Counted from the stretch's first letter, positions 1 through 9,100 are shown. The stretch is DNA of 29,967 nucleotides from Xenococcaceae cyanobacterium MO_188.B32 (GCA_030065635.1 JASJDJ010000056.1:1-29967); one strand, 5' to 3'. The notes: generated from the letters alone by a model not told the origin. Made by a program: numbers and translations.

Positions 1-701
1 CTACTATTCAGTCAGATTTGGATATACCCGACCCATTGCCTCACGGTCACTGTATTGGGTTAGACGTGGGTTTGTTATCCTATTGTGCGACAAGTGATGG
101 TTTTGTTGAACCTGGACGTAAATTTTTCAAGACGCTGTACCGTCGGCTGAAAGTGCTACAAAGCAGACTGTCTAAAAAACAAAAACGCTCCAAGAACTAC
201 GAAAAAGCCAGAAAAAAAGTAGAAGCAATGCACAATCATATTGCCTTCAAGCGTAAAGATTACCAGTTCAAGCTTGCTCATAAACTCTGTGATATGGCAG
301 ATACTATCTTTGTAGAAGATATAGACTTTCGTATCATGGCTAAAGGGTTTCTAGGCAAGCATACGGTTGATGCTGGATTCGGTCAGTTTCGTTCTCTTCT
401 CAAATATGTAGGTAAACGACGCAATGTCTTTGTGGCAGAAGTTGACCACAGAGGCAGTAGTCAGACTTGTCCTAACTGTCGCATTTCTGTCAAGAAGGAG
501 TTAGAGGATAGAGTCCACTCATGTCCTGAGTGTTTGTATGAAACCGACAGAGATATCGCATCGGCTCAAGAACTGTGTAATCGAGGCATAGAAATGCTTA
601 GTACCCAAGGGCTTTGGGGGAAAGAAATAGGCTGTCAAGTCGGGCTGTCGGGGGCATTTTGCCTAGATAAGTGGCGCGGGGCAGCAAAGTCTCTAGCGTG
701 A
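1..701 (+). CDS. tnpB: IS200/IS605-family TnpB (OrfB) RNA-guided endonuclease, C-terminal part. The reading frame is open to the window edge, so the N-terminus lies outside the window.
   Basis: RuvC-I motif GLDVGL, RuvC-II IFVEDI, zinc finger CPNCR...CPEC, RuvC-III DRDIASAQ. Stop codon at 699-701. No in-frame stop between position 1 and the listed ORF start at 18. Confidence 0.8.
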   Translation, partial: TIQSDLDIPDPLPHGHCIGLDVGLLSYCATSDGFVEPGRKFFKTLYRRLKVLQSRLSKKQKRSKNYEKARKKVEAMHNHIAFKRKDYQFKLAHKLCDMADTIFVEDIDFRIMAKGFLGKHTVDAGFGQFRSLLKYVGKRRNVFVAEVDHRGSSQTCPNCRISVKKELEDRVHSCPECLYETDRDIASAQELCNRGIEMLSTQGLWGKEIGCQVGLSGAFCLDKWRGAAKSLA

Positions 702-773
702 GCTGGAGAAGCCCGCTCTCTATCCAAAGGATGAGAGTCGGGAGTAGTCACTTTTAAATTTAATTCTGCTTCG
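560..773 (+). ncRNA. Putative TnpB omega-RNA (right-end RNA): 3' end of tnpB plus the IS right end, with terminal hairpin 712-742 and a possible guide of about 20 nt at 754-773. Boundaries are approximate.
   Basis: Hairpin cccgCTCTCTATCCaaaGGATGAGAGtcggg lies just after the tnpB stop. The same hairpin and the flanking motif ...tcgggagYagtcact recur in the inverted copy at 12612-12662. Sequence diverges from that copy exactly after ...agtcact at 753, which marks the element end. Confidence 0.3.
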
Positions 774-1280
774 GTCTCACTCTTAAACTTTTGCTGGGAT
801 AGCTTGGTTATTTTTTTTTGAATTGATTCAGATTCTTTGGCAATCTTTTTCTCTAGAGAAGCCAAATCTGATTCAGTTCTCGCTTCACTTTTGACTACCA
901 ACCATCTTTGGCGTATTCCTCCATAATTACTTTCTCTTTCTACCCAGCTATAACCAGGTATTTCACTGCTTTTAAATTCTGAATTCAATTGAGTGCTGAC
1001 CAGATTTTTTGCCTCTTTTATTGATAGGGGAACTCTAGGCACGCCATTGGATTTGTTTCAGTAATTCTAAATTCTCTTTACTGTATAAAGCACTATCTCC
1101 TACTATCGTTGTTTCTAATTTCAGTTGTTGGTGATAGTTTTTAGCTATTTGGCCAAACGCTTTTTTATCATTTTGATTCCCCGATGCTATTTCATTAATA
1201 TTGGTATATTGCCATCTCCTGTGACGATTAAATCTAAAATAAATTGTTTTAAATCTGGTCGATGGTGAGTCAGCGCGGTC
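754..1280 (-). pseudogene. IS1634-family (IS4 superfamily) DDE transposase fragment. It is frameshifted and truncated at both ends, and interrupted at about 754 by the tnpB element.
   Basis: ORFs 635..1042 and 1035..1382 on the minus strand read IVGDSALYSKENLELL and GIRQRWLVVKSEARTESDLASLEKKIAKE...QQKF, typical IS1634 motifs, in two different frames. Neither end is intact. Confidence 0.5.
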
Positions 1281-1302
1281 TTGGGGGTTTCCCCCATGAG
1301 CA

Positions 1303-1585
1303 ACTGCGAACCCGATTATTATAAAGACCCTAACCAGGGAGTTAACCCCGATGAAGTAGTTGCTGTGGGTGCCACAATTCAAGCAGGTGTACTAGCAGGA
1401 GAAGTCAAAGACGTACTTTTACTCGATGTTACTCCTCTATCTCTGGGGGTAGAAACCCTCGGTGGCGTGATGACTAAGTTAGTTCCCCGCAACACCACCA
1501 TTCCCGTACAAAAATCAGAAATTTTCTCTACTGCTGCGGACGGACAAACTAACGTGGAAATCCACGTGTTCACCACGGAGTTAAA
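1303..1585 (+). pseudogene. dnaK: dnaK (Hsp70) internal fragment covering the end of the nucleotide-binding domain, the linker and the start of the substrate-binding domain.
   Basis: Translation [75 protein letters not shown] matches the Hsp70 linker region. Only about 95 codons are present, with no credible start or end. Confidence 0.6.
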
Positions 1586-2680
1586 ATATCCGATACTGCT
1601 TTAGTCGCAGCAGCCGTATTTTCCACTCGCTATATTAGCGACCGCTTCTTACCCGATAAAGCGATCGACCTGGTGGACGAGTCAGCAGCTAAATTGAAGA
1701 TGGAGATTACTTCCAAACCAGAAGAACTCGACGAGATCGATCGCAAAATTCTTCAGTTGGAAATGGAAAAACTGTCATTGAAAAAAGAAACAGACAGTGC
1801 CTCGCTCGAACGTTTAGAAAAACTAGAAAAAGAACTGGCAGATCTTAAAGAACAGCAATCTGCTTTAAACGCCCAATGGCAAGCTGAAAAAGAATTTATC
1901 GCTCGCATTCGCGCCATTAAAGAGGAAATCGAGCGTGTTAATGTCGAAATTCAACAAGCAGAACGGGATTACAACCTCAATCGTGCAGCCGAACTCAAAT
2001 ACGGTACCGTTGCTCGTCTGATCGGTGCGCCTCCAGGATACGTCGGTTATGACGAAGGGGGACAACTCACCGAAGCAATTCGCCGTCGTCCCTATGCAGT
2101 AATTCTCTTTGACGAGATTGAAAAAGCCCATCCCGATGTATTCAACACTATGCTGCAAATTCTCGATGATGGTCGCCTTACCGATGCTCAAGGACATACG
2201 GTGGACTTTAAAAATGCGGTGATTATTATGACCAGCAACATTGGGTCACAATATATACTGGATATTGCGGGAGATGACAGTCGCTACGAAGAAATGCGCG
2301 ATCGCGTAATGGATGCCATGGGTGGTAGTTTTCGTCCTGAATTCCTCAACCGCATCGATGAAATTATTATCTTCCACAGTCTCACCAAAGAACAATTACG
2401 CGAAATCGTCAAGCTGCAAGTTCAGTTCCTCGAACGACGACTGGAAGACAAAAAAATGTCCCTCAAGCTATCCGATGCTGCCCTCGATTGGTTGGCAGAA
2501 GTAGGTTACGACCCCGTTTACGGTGCGCGTCCTCTTAAGCGGGCAATTCAAAAAGAGTTAGAAACCCAAATTGCCAAGAAAATTCTGCGCGGTGAGCTTA
2601 AAGATGGAGATACTATTTTTGTGGATGTAGAAAACGAGCGTTTAGTTTTCAAGCGTCTAGCTCGAGAATTAGTAAGTTAA
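1586..2680 (+). pseudogene. clpB: clpB fragment: end of NBD1, the M-domain, and the C-terminal part of NBD2. About 150 codons, including the NBD2 Walker A, are deleted in frame.
   Basis: [39 protein letters not shown]...RAAELKYGT is joined directly to [46 protein letters not shown]...[14 protein letters not shown]. There is no N-terminal domain and no Walker A GPTGVGKT. It is fused to the dnaK fragment in a different frame. Confidence 0.65.
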
Positions 2681-2738
2681 GTAAAATCCTAATTCGGAGT
2701 TTGATTCATTACCAGTAATTAAAAATAAGGAGAGAGCC

Positions 2739-3191
2739 ATGTTACAACAATCTTTAACCGATCGAGTCCCCACCAAAATACCTTGGTTTTGGTTATTTAT
2801 AATCGCAGTAATTGGTAGCTCCTATGGCTGGATGCTAGCTCAATATAACAGCCTATTTGCCTTGATGGTAACTTTGAGTATTACTCTAGCTATAGCGGTC
2901 GTTCGAGCTAGCCATCGGGCCGGGTTTCCTGTTTGGGCAGGGCTGTGGTCATTGACTTTTGGTACTGTATTTATTGCCATAGGAACTTTAATTTCTATCG
3001 GTGCGTTCGGCTGGGCGATCGCAGTTTTTGCCTGGGGAGCAGGGATTTTTCTCTTGGAACTCGCGATCGCAAAGGTTTCAACTGCGATGAATTTACTCGG
3101 GTTCGAGCCAAGCCAAAGCTCACGGATTTTGGCTACCGTTGCAGCAGGAGGGATTATCTCAGGTTGGATCGCACACCTAATTTTAATTTAG
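2739..3191 (+). CDS. Hypothetical integral membrane protein, about four TM helices.
   Basis: 150-aa ORF with good RBS aaggagag 6 nt upstream. Hydrophobic helices. No family recognised. Confidence 0.55.
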   Translation: MLQQSLTDRVPTKIPWFWLFIIAVIGSSYGWMLAQYNSLFALMVTLSITLAIAVVRASHRAGFPVWAGLWSLTFGTVFIAIGTLISIGAFGWAIAVFAWGAGIFLLELAIAKVSTAMNLLGFEPSQSSRILATVAAGGIISGWIAHLILI

Positions 3192-3253
3192 AGTACTTTC
3201 CTGCAAATAAGACTAAATTGAATTTTTGAATTAGAAGATTGGGAGACCTAACT

Positions 3254-3664
3254 ATGACTAAAAATACCTCTGAAACTAAAGAAACAAATATAGTTCCCGT
3301 CAGTACCGAAACCGATGCCCTGGTAGAAAAAGAAATGGCAGGGGAAAGCGAGCAAATCAAGCAAGAAACTAAAGCTTTAGTCGAAGCAATCAAAAAACGG
3401 GCGCAGTCGGAAATTGAAAATGCTCAAACTCTAACACGGTATGCTTACTTAACAGCTGTCCGCAATGCTAGAGAGGCAGTTGAAAAGAACAAACTAATTG
3501 ACCCCAAACGGATCGAACATTCGGTTGAAATTATTCAAAAAGATGCCCGAGAAAATTGGCAAAAAATCGTTGATGAAATCTCCGATTTGGGCGATCGCCT
3601 CCAAGAAGCTGCTCGGGTTGCTTGGGATATCTTAATGGGTAAAAATTCCTCGGGCAAGAAATAA
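3254..3664 (+). CDS. Hypothetical soluble protein rich in charged residues and alpha-helix. The ORF track starts it at TTG 3239.
   Basis: ORF with GGAGA RBS 7 nt before ATG 3254. No recognisable domain. Confidence 0.5.
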   Translation: MTKNTSETKETNIVPVSTETDALVEKEMAGESEQIKQETKALVEAIKKRAQSEIENAQTLTRYAYLTAVRNAREAVEKNKLIDPKRIEHSVEIIQKDARENWQKIVDEISDLGDRLQEAARVAWDILMGKNSSGKK

Positions 3665-3752
3665 TTGCTCTGGGAAAATACCCTAATCAACTAGGGTATA
3701 GGTAGAGACAAGTCCAATGCAGAAAAATGTCAAGCAAGCATAATTACCAACT

Positions 3753-5072
3753 ATGAGTGCCAACATCAATTCCGATACTAACAAGTTAGGCATTTTCTCC
3801 TTAGCAACCTTACTGGTATCCGCTCACTATGGCTTGGGGTTTCTCTTGGGAACTGCCGAACAAGCTAGGCACCAGGGTATACAGGGTAGTCTCTATGCTA
3901 TTTCTATTGGGTTGGGATTTTTGGCTCTGTTAATTTTGGCAAAATTCTACTGGCAGCAAGTAGAACCAATCTGGACTTTATTGGGCAACCGCTATGGTAA
4001 ATCAGTCAAAGTCGGAGTTGGTTTAATGTCCTGGATGTCGTTAATTGGTATTGAGGCGGTACAAATTATCGCAGGGGCAGCAATTCTGGCTGTGGTAGGT
4101 ATCCCTAAAATAACCAGTATGCTGATATTAGCCCTATTATTTTGTTTACTTTCCCTGCTGCCTGTAGAAAAGTTAAGCTGGGTTTTACGGGGCTTATTGT
4201 TGCTCAATATACTGGTTTTAATTTACAGCCTCTGGGCATTACAGGGTTTATCGGTTATGGCACGAGCGCCCGTTGAATTTCTTACTTCCCTGCCTCAAAT
4301 TGCTCCTGGAGATGTCATTGGCATTATCTTCTGCACTATTATGTTAGTGGCGATCGACATGAAGTGTCAGCAATATCTAGTCCGAGCTAAAGATGTGGGT
4401 ACTGCTATCTGGAGTTGCTTTCTTACTGCTGTAACTCTGATTGCTTTAGCTTTACTAGCGGGAACTATGGCGATCGCTGCTCACCAGGCAGGCATTTTAC
4501 CCCCAAATTTAGATGACAAAGAAACGATCCCCTATATTTTAGCTTGGGTGAGCGGTGGCACAGAGAGGTTTTTAGGCATAGTGGCGATTGCTACTTTAGC
4601 AGTTCCCGCCCTGGGTTTGGGTAGTAGCGTGTTGCGGGTACAAACTAGAACTTTTTTCGATCTAGAGATTTTACCTTTCTGGTTGAGCCAGCGCATCTTA
4701 GTAGCAGCTATTAATGTGCTATTAGCCCTAACAATTGCCATCAGAGGCGGAGAAATTGTCGGTTTAATTCTTTTATTTTACGCTGCTTATCTTTCTGCTG
4801 CTTGGATTCCCTTTATTGCCTACCTGCTAGATTATTTTGATGTTTATGCTTTTTCTAATAACAGCGTCAGGTTTTCTTTAATCATAGGCAGCATCTCTGC
4901 TTTAGTCAGTCTCTTACTAATATTAGTTCGACCTGAAGCCGTATTTCTAGGGAGCGATCGCTTAACTATAACAGTCTTAGGTATGGGTATGGCAACTATG
5001 AGTCTTGTAGTTAATGAATTGGTAGAAAAATTACTTCTTGCTCCTGCGGTAAAAAAAGAAACTGACAACTAA
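3753..5072 (+). CDS. Polytopic membrane transporter with 12-13 TM helices, possibly a sodium:solute symporter-like or other secondary carrier.
   Basis: 439-aa ORF, very hydrophobic with regularly spaced helices. The family is not resolvable by eye. Confidence 0.55.
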   Translation: MSANINSDTNKLGIFSLATLLVSAHYGLGFLLGTAEQARHQGIQGSLYAISIGLGFLALLILAKFYWQQVEPIWTLLGNRYGKSVKVGVGLMSWMSLIGIEAVQIIAGAAILAVVGIPKITSMLILALLFCLLSLLPVEKLSWVLRGLLLLNILVLIYSLWALQGLSVMARAPVEFLTSLPQIAPGDVIGIIFCTIMLVAIDMKCQQYLVRAKDVGTAIWSCFLTAVTLIALALLAGTMAIAAHQAGILPPNLDDKETIPYILAWVSGGTERFLGIVAIATLAVPALGLGSSVLRVQTRTFFDLEILPFWLSQRILVAAINVLLALTIAIRGGEIVGLILLFYAAYLSAAWIPFIAYLLDYFDVYAFSNNSVRFSLIIGSISALVSLLLILVRPEAVFLGSDRLTITVLGMGMATMSLVVNELVEKLLLAPAVKKETDN

Positions 5073-5105
5073 TAATTAACCTTAACTCGAGCGATAATAC
5101 AAAAA

Positions 5106-5273
5106 ATGTTGGTAGAAATCGGTAAAACCCCGGTCATTCTTGGTATAGGAATTGTAGTTCTGGGAGGATTATTGTGGCTCAGTGGGGGAACTTTAAAAAA
5201 CTTGCCCCTCGATCGTCTTCCAGGAGACATTTTAATTCAAATACTATTGTCGCCCCGACAGTTGGTCTATTAA
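5106..5273 (+). CDS. DUF2905-family small membrane protein, 55 aa. It is below the ORF-track size cutoff.
   Basis: MLVEIGKTPVILGIGIVVLGGLLWLSGGTLKNLPLDRLPGDILIQILLSPRQLVY has two TM segments and the LPGDI motif typical of DUF2905. Its 3' end overlaps the convergent gene that ends at 5244. Confidence 0.5.
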   Translation: MLVEIGKTPVILGIGIVVLGGLLWLSGGTLKNLPLDRLPGDILIQILLSPRQLVY

Positions 5274-6497
5274 TTCTAATTGACAATGGATTTCTTGTCG
5301 AACTTTTTTCAGTTCGGAGAGGTTTTCTATTTCTGAAGAGTTAAAACAGGTACGCATTGTAGTTAGAGTTTTTGTGAGTTTTTGAGCGAGTAGTAAGGCT
5401 CGATCGCTCATTTTTTTGATTTGTTGCCGTTCGTGGAGTTTTAAAGCTTTCCCTCTTAAAACCTGAATGGTAATTTCATCTCCCCATTGACTGGGACAAG
5501 CATCAATACGTAACTGTAAACGCTCCTGTTGATAGTGTCTTTCGATCGCTACTTTCTTAGTTTTTTGTAGTGGTTCTAGAGGGAATTTAGCTAAAGTTTT
5601 AATTTCGTTAATTAGGGCTTGAAAAATAGACAGAGATACATCATCTACAGAAGATTGAACAATTCCATCTTGACTCCAGAGGATACGACCTCGATCGCGA
5701 TTTCGCTCTAAATTTAATTTACTTATACTACCATTGAGGATATTGGCGAACAGCTCTTGCCATAATTGTTGAGGAGTCAGCGTTTTGAGAGATTCATGAG
5801 TTAAGCAGTAATTCTCAGATAGTGTCGAGATATCAAAATCTAAAAAGGGGTCTAAATCTAGATTTGGCACCCGTTCGCGATTTTGGTCGGACTCGGATTT
5901 CTTGGACTGACGATTTGGTTCGGTCTGAACTTCGGGTACTAAAGCTAGATCGAGAGTTAAATCGGCAAAAAGTTGTGAGAAAGAATCGGCTTCGGCAGTA
6001 TCTTCCTGAATAGGAGCATAGATAGTAGATTTACTATCTTCGGCTGATATTTCTGGTCTACTTGTCGGGTTTTCTAAGTCTTCGGCTATTATAGTTTCTT
6101 TACTATCAAGGTCATTCTCTTGACTGTTTAGATTAGACTCAAAGGGCATATCGACCACAGTCATTGCTGAATCCTGAGATTTTTTGACAGAAGTTTGAGG
6201 TGAAATATCTGCCTGTGTTTGCTCCATAGTATGGTTCTGTTTGAGATAGGCAGCTAAAACCAACTGATGAGCGTAAGAATCTATACGCTGAATATTAAGA
6301 GTGTAACCTAAAGCACGAACTATTGGACGGACAAAGTCTAAGGCAGTTTTGTCTTCAGGATTGACCATACCCAAGGTCAAACAATCCTGTTCGAGAGATA
6401 AGGGTATAATCTGATACTGTAAACAATGTTCTAAACTCAAAATAGACTGTATTAAATTGATTATTTGTTCATAATCAATATCTGAAGTTTCATTCAT
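5244..6497 (-). CDS. GspE/PilB-like protein with N1 (T2SSE_N) and N2 domains, an acidic linker and no ATPase core.
   Basis: N-terminus IIPLSLEQDCLTLGMVNPEDKTALDFVRPIVRALGYTLNIQRID matches T2SSE_N. C-terminus RILWSQDGIVQ...RLQLRIDACPSQWGDEITIQVLRG resembles the N2 domain of PilB/GspE. No Walker motifs. Confidence 0.5.
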   Translation of the reverse strand: MNETSDIDYEQIINLIQSILSLEHCLQYQIIPLSLEQDCLTLGMVNPEDKTALDFVRPIVRALGYTLNIQRIDSYAHQLVLAAYLKQNHTMEQTQADISPQTSVKKSQDSAMTVVDMPFESNLNSQENDLDSKETIIAEDLENPTSRPEISAEDSKSTIYAPIQEDTAEADSFSQLFADLTLDLALVPEVQTEPNRQSKKSESDQNRERVPNLDLDPFLDFDISTLSENYCLTHESLKTLTPQQLWQELFANILNGSISKLNLERNRDRGRILWSQDGIVQSSVDDVSLSIFQALINEIKTLAKFPLEPLQKTKKVAIERHYQQERLQLRIDACPSQWGDEITIQVLRGKALKLHERQQIKKMSDRALLLAQKLTKTLTTMRTCFNSSEIENLSELKKVRQEIHCQLELIDQLSGRQ

Positions 6498-6689
6498 GGG
6501 AATATTTTATAGTAAATAACACAGTTGAAAATCTGTGAGCTTTAGCTGTTGGAGTATCAAATTAAAGATTATGAATTTAATTTACCCAGATCGACCAAAA
6601 AATCGATCGAACTAACTCTTATTTGTTACTAGCGAGTAGCGTAATAGTGATTAAATAAAGCTAATCTCGATATTTTAATTTTTTAACTT

Positions 6690-7517
6690 ATGACTAATTC
6701 ATCTTCCATCCCAGTTGTAGTCAATGGTGCTGCCGGTAAAATGGGGCGCGAGGTAATTAAAACTGTTTCTCAGGCAGAAGATATGATGCTTGTCGGTGCG
6801 ATCGATCGCAACCCTGATGTTCTCGGTCAAGATGCAGGGGAAATAGCTGGTTGTGGTGAGATAGAAGTTCCCATCGTTAACGATCTTCAAAGTGTTTTGG
6901 TTTTAGCTACTCAGGAGAAAATTCAAGGGGTAATGGTAGATTTTACCCATCCTGATAGTGTCTATGATAATGTACGTAGCGCGATCGCCTATGGTGTACG
7001 TCCAGTAGTAGGGACAACAGGGTTGAGTGACGAACAACTGCAAGATTTGGCTGAATTTGCGGAAAAAGCTAGTACGGGAGCTTTAGTAATTCCTAATTTT
7101 TCCATTGGTATGGTTTTACTACAGCAAGCAGCCATTCAAGCTTCTCAATATTTCGATCATGTAGAGATTATTGAGTTACATCATAATCAGAAAGCAGATG
7201 CTCCTAGTGGAACGGCTATTAAAACGGCGCAAATGTTAGCAGAGTTAGGTAAAACTTATAATCCTCAAGTGGTTGAAGAAACAGAACCTTTAAAAGGTGC
7301 AAGAGGTAGTATAACAGAAGAGAATATTCGTATCCATAGTGTACGGTTACCTGGTTTAATCGCTCATCAAGAAGTTATTTTTGGCGCACCCGGTCAAATT
7401 TATACTCTCAGACACGATACCAGCGATCGATCTTGCTATATGCCAGGAGTTTTACTCGCTATCCGTAAAGTCACTCAACTTACTTCTTTGGTTTATGGTT
7501 TAGAAAAAATATTGTAA
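6690..7517 (+). CDS. dapB: 4-hydroxy-tetrahydrodipicolinate reductase.
   Basis: [16 protein letters not shown]-binding motif, [18 protein letters not shown], and the overall length are typical of DapB. Confidence 0.9.
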   Translation: MTNSSSIPVVVNGAAGKMGREVIKTVSQAEDMMLVGAIDRNPDVLGQDAGEIAGCGEIEVPIVNDLQSVLVLATQEKIQGVMVDFTHPDSVYDNVRSAIAYGVRPVVGTTGLSDEQLQDLAEFAEKASTGALVIPNFSIGMVLLQQAAIQASQYFDHVEIIELHHNQKADAPSGTAIKTAQMLAELGKTYNPQVVEETEPLKGARGSITEENIRIHSVRLPGLIAHQEVIFGAPGQIYTLRHDTSDRSCYMPGVLLAIRKVTQLTSLVYGLEKIL

Positions 7518-7537
7518 TAACTCCGAACTCCGAACTA

Positions 7538-8236
7538 ATGCTAATATCTCTTACTCGCGAAAAATTCGAGCAAATAATTCCCCTAATTGCTACGGGCCCT
7601 CAATATGCCTATTATTGGGGTAAATGGCAAGATTTATTAAATCGTTTACTTGTTTCTGTAGTAGCTATAGTCGTAATCTTACTCTTCAACAGCATAGTAG
7701 GGGAAGGCGCACACGCTTTAGTGTTGTTGTTAGCGGTAATTGGTGGTTTGTATTGGCTTTGGGCTCCTGTTTATTGGGCTAGTTTACGCAATACTAGTTA
7801 CCGCAAGTATAAATATTGTGGCTTTTGGCAAGCTAGGATCCTAGAAATATTTATCACTGAAGACTTGCTTAGGGAAGAAGAGACTGTCAATGAAAGAGGA
7901 GAGCTAGTAATTATTGAGAATCGGGAAAGACGAATTAATCTTGTACTTGGTGATGAAACTGGATTTGAAGCAGAAGTAAATGCTCCTTTGCAGCGTATTC
8001 ATAAAGCAATTAAAACAGGTCAAACTGCTCAATTATTAGTGCTGTCGAATCAACCTAACCTTGCCAGAATTGATAAAATTACCGATGCTTATATTCCTAG
8101 TCAAAATCTTTGGATTGGCGAATATCCTTGGCTACAAAGGGATGTTTTCAGTGAAGTAAGTTTGGAATTAGAGAGGAAAAAAAGACCGCAATATGGCGAT
8201 CGCCCTCGTGGTAGATATAATCAACGTCGTCGGTGA
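7538..8236 (+). CDS. Hypothetical protein with two N-terminal TM helices and a basic C-tail. It resembles conserved cyanobacterial hypotheticals, but I cannot name the family.
   Basis: 232-aa ORF immediately downstream of dapB on the same strand. Confidence 0.5.
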   Translation: MLISLTREKFEQIIPLIATGPQYAYYWGKWQDLLNRLLVSVVAIVVILLFNSIVGEGAHALVLLLAVIGGLYWLWAPVYWASLRNTSYRKYKYCGFWQARILEIFITEDLLREEETVNERGELVIIENRERRINLVLGDETGFEAEVNAPLQRIHKAIKTGQTAQLLVLSNQPNLARIDKITDAYIPSQNLWIGEYPWLQRDVFSEVSLELERKKRPQYGDRPRGRYNQRRR

Positions 8237-8273
8237 TAGAATGGTTTTTGAGTAACAAAGAAAAAAAATTACA

Positions 8274-8336
8274 CTAACTACTAACTACTAACTACTAACT
8301 ACTAACTACTAACTACTAACTGCTAACTACTAACTA
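8274..8336. repeat. Tandem heptanucleotide array (CTAACTA) with 9 copies, one of them variant CTAACTG. It is of the STRR type.
   Basis: Seen directly in the sequence. It fills the gap between convergent genes 7538..8236 and 8339..9100. Confidence 0.9.
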
Positions 8337-8338
8337 GT

Positions 8339-9100
8339 TTATTTAATCCAACCAAGTCTTGTAGGTTGCTGATATATCTTTTTAAGAGTATTGATATCTC
8401 TAGCAGAAATCGGCGGAAAGTCGCGAACTTGAGAGAAATAAAGAGCATCATTTTGATGGGGACTATGACCCCAAATTCCTAAGGCATGACCGAGTTCATG
8501 ACGAGTAGCAGCTAAAATTGCCTGCTGACTTAAATTGGGAGAAACTTTAATAGTCATGCGATGGGATAGAATTTTGTGGTCTTGCCAATAAAATTGGTAG
8601 CTAGTTTGGGCAGTTATAGCGCGAGGAATATCATAAAGTCTTGTAGCTGGATTGTATTTAACTTTCCTTTCTGGGGTCGATCGCGTGATGATAATATCAG
8701 CTAGTTCTGGATTTTCTATTTCTTGTAGAGGTAGATAGATATTCCATTCGGCGATCGCTTTTTTGACGGCTTCTAACCATTGCTGCTGACGAAGGTTACT
8801 AGCAGAATTATCTGGTGATTCGGTTGGTTTGGCCAAATAAATTTTAACGGGAAATTGTGACCAAATTAAATAACCCAAAGGAGTTGGTTTGATTTGGGTA
8901 AAGTAATCTTCTTGGTTATTTTTATTGTCCCAGTGAGCTAGAGAAGTAGGTAGAGGGTGTACTTTCGCCAGAGGTAATAAACTGCTATCTAGATTATTTA
9001 ATTTTTGCTCTGCTTTTAAAACATTGTGATTTAAAATTATGACCAATATAATTGTCGCGATCGCTATAAATTTGATTCTTAATGACCACCCTAGAATCAT
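8339..9100 (-). CDS. Secreted or membrane-anchored zinc metalloprotease of the metzincin/M10-like type.
   Basis: HELGHALGIWGHS matches the HExxHxxGxxH zinc-binding motif. Hydrophobic N-terminal signal or anchor. Confidence 0.65.
   Translation of the reverse strand: MILGWSLRIKFIAIATIILVIILNHNVLKAEQKLNNLDSSLLPLAKVHPLPTSLAHWDNKNNQEDYFTQIKPTPLGYLIWSQFPVKIYLAKPTESPDNSASNLRQQQWLEAVKKAIAEWNIYLPLQEIENPELADIIITRSTPERKVKYNPATRLYDIPRAITAQTSYQFYWQDHKILSHRMTIKVSPNLSQQAILAATRHELGHALGIWGHSPHQNDALYFSQVRDFPPISARDINTLKKIYQQPTRLGWIK

Noticed and set aside
1865-2197. Minus-strand 110-aa ORF inside the clpB fragment. Similar antisense or overlapping ORFs occur at 1379..1576, 2313..2504, 2933..3229, 3154..3393, 3992..4207, 4532..4741, 4844..5068, 5822..6013, 6699..6890, 8994..9185, 9405..9677, 12073..12288, 15596..15901, 18730..18933, 19030..19212, 19925..20134, 21102..21344, 25125..25379, 27985..28188, 28166..28372 and 28357..28539.
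   Set aside because: Each is embedded in, or antisense to, a longer ORF with clear family motifs. None shows recognisable motifs and the composition is odd, so they are treated as spurious shadow ORFs.
3104-3120. GGGTTCGAGCC motif resembling a tRNA T-arm.
   Set aside because: It lies inside a well-supported membrane-protein CDS and there is no surrounding tRNA structure.
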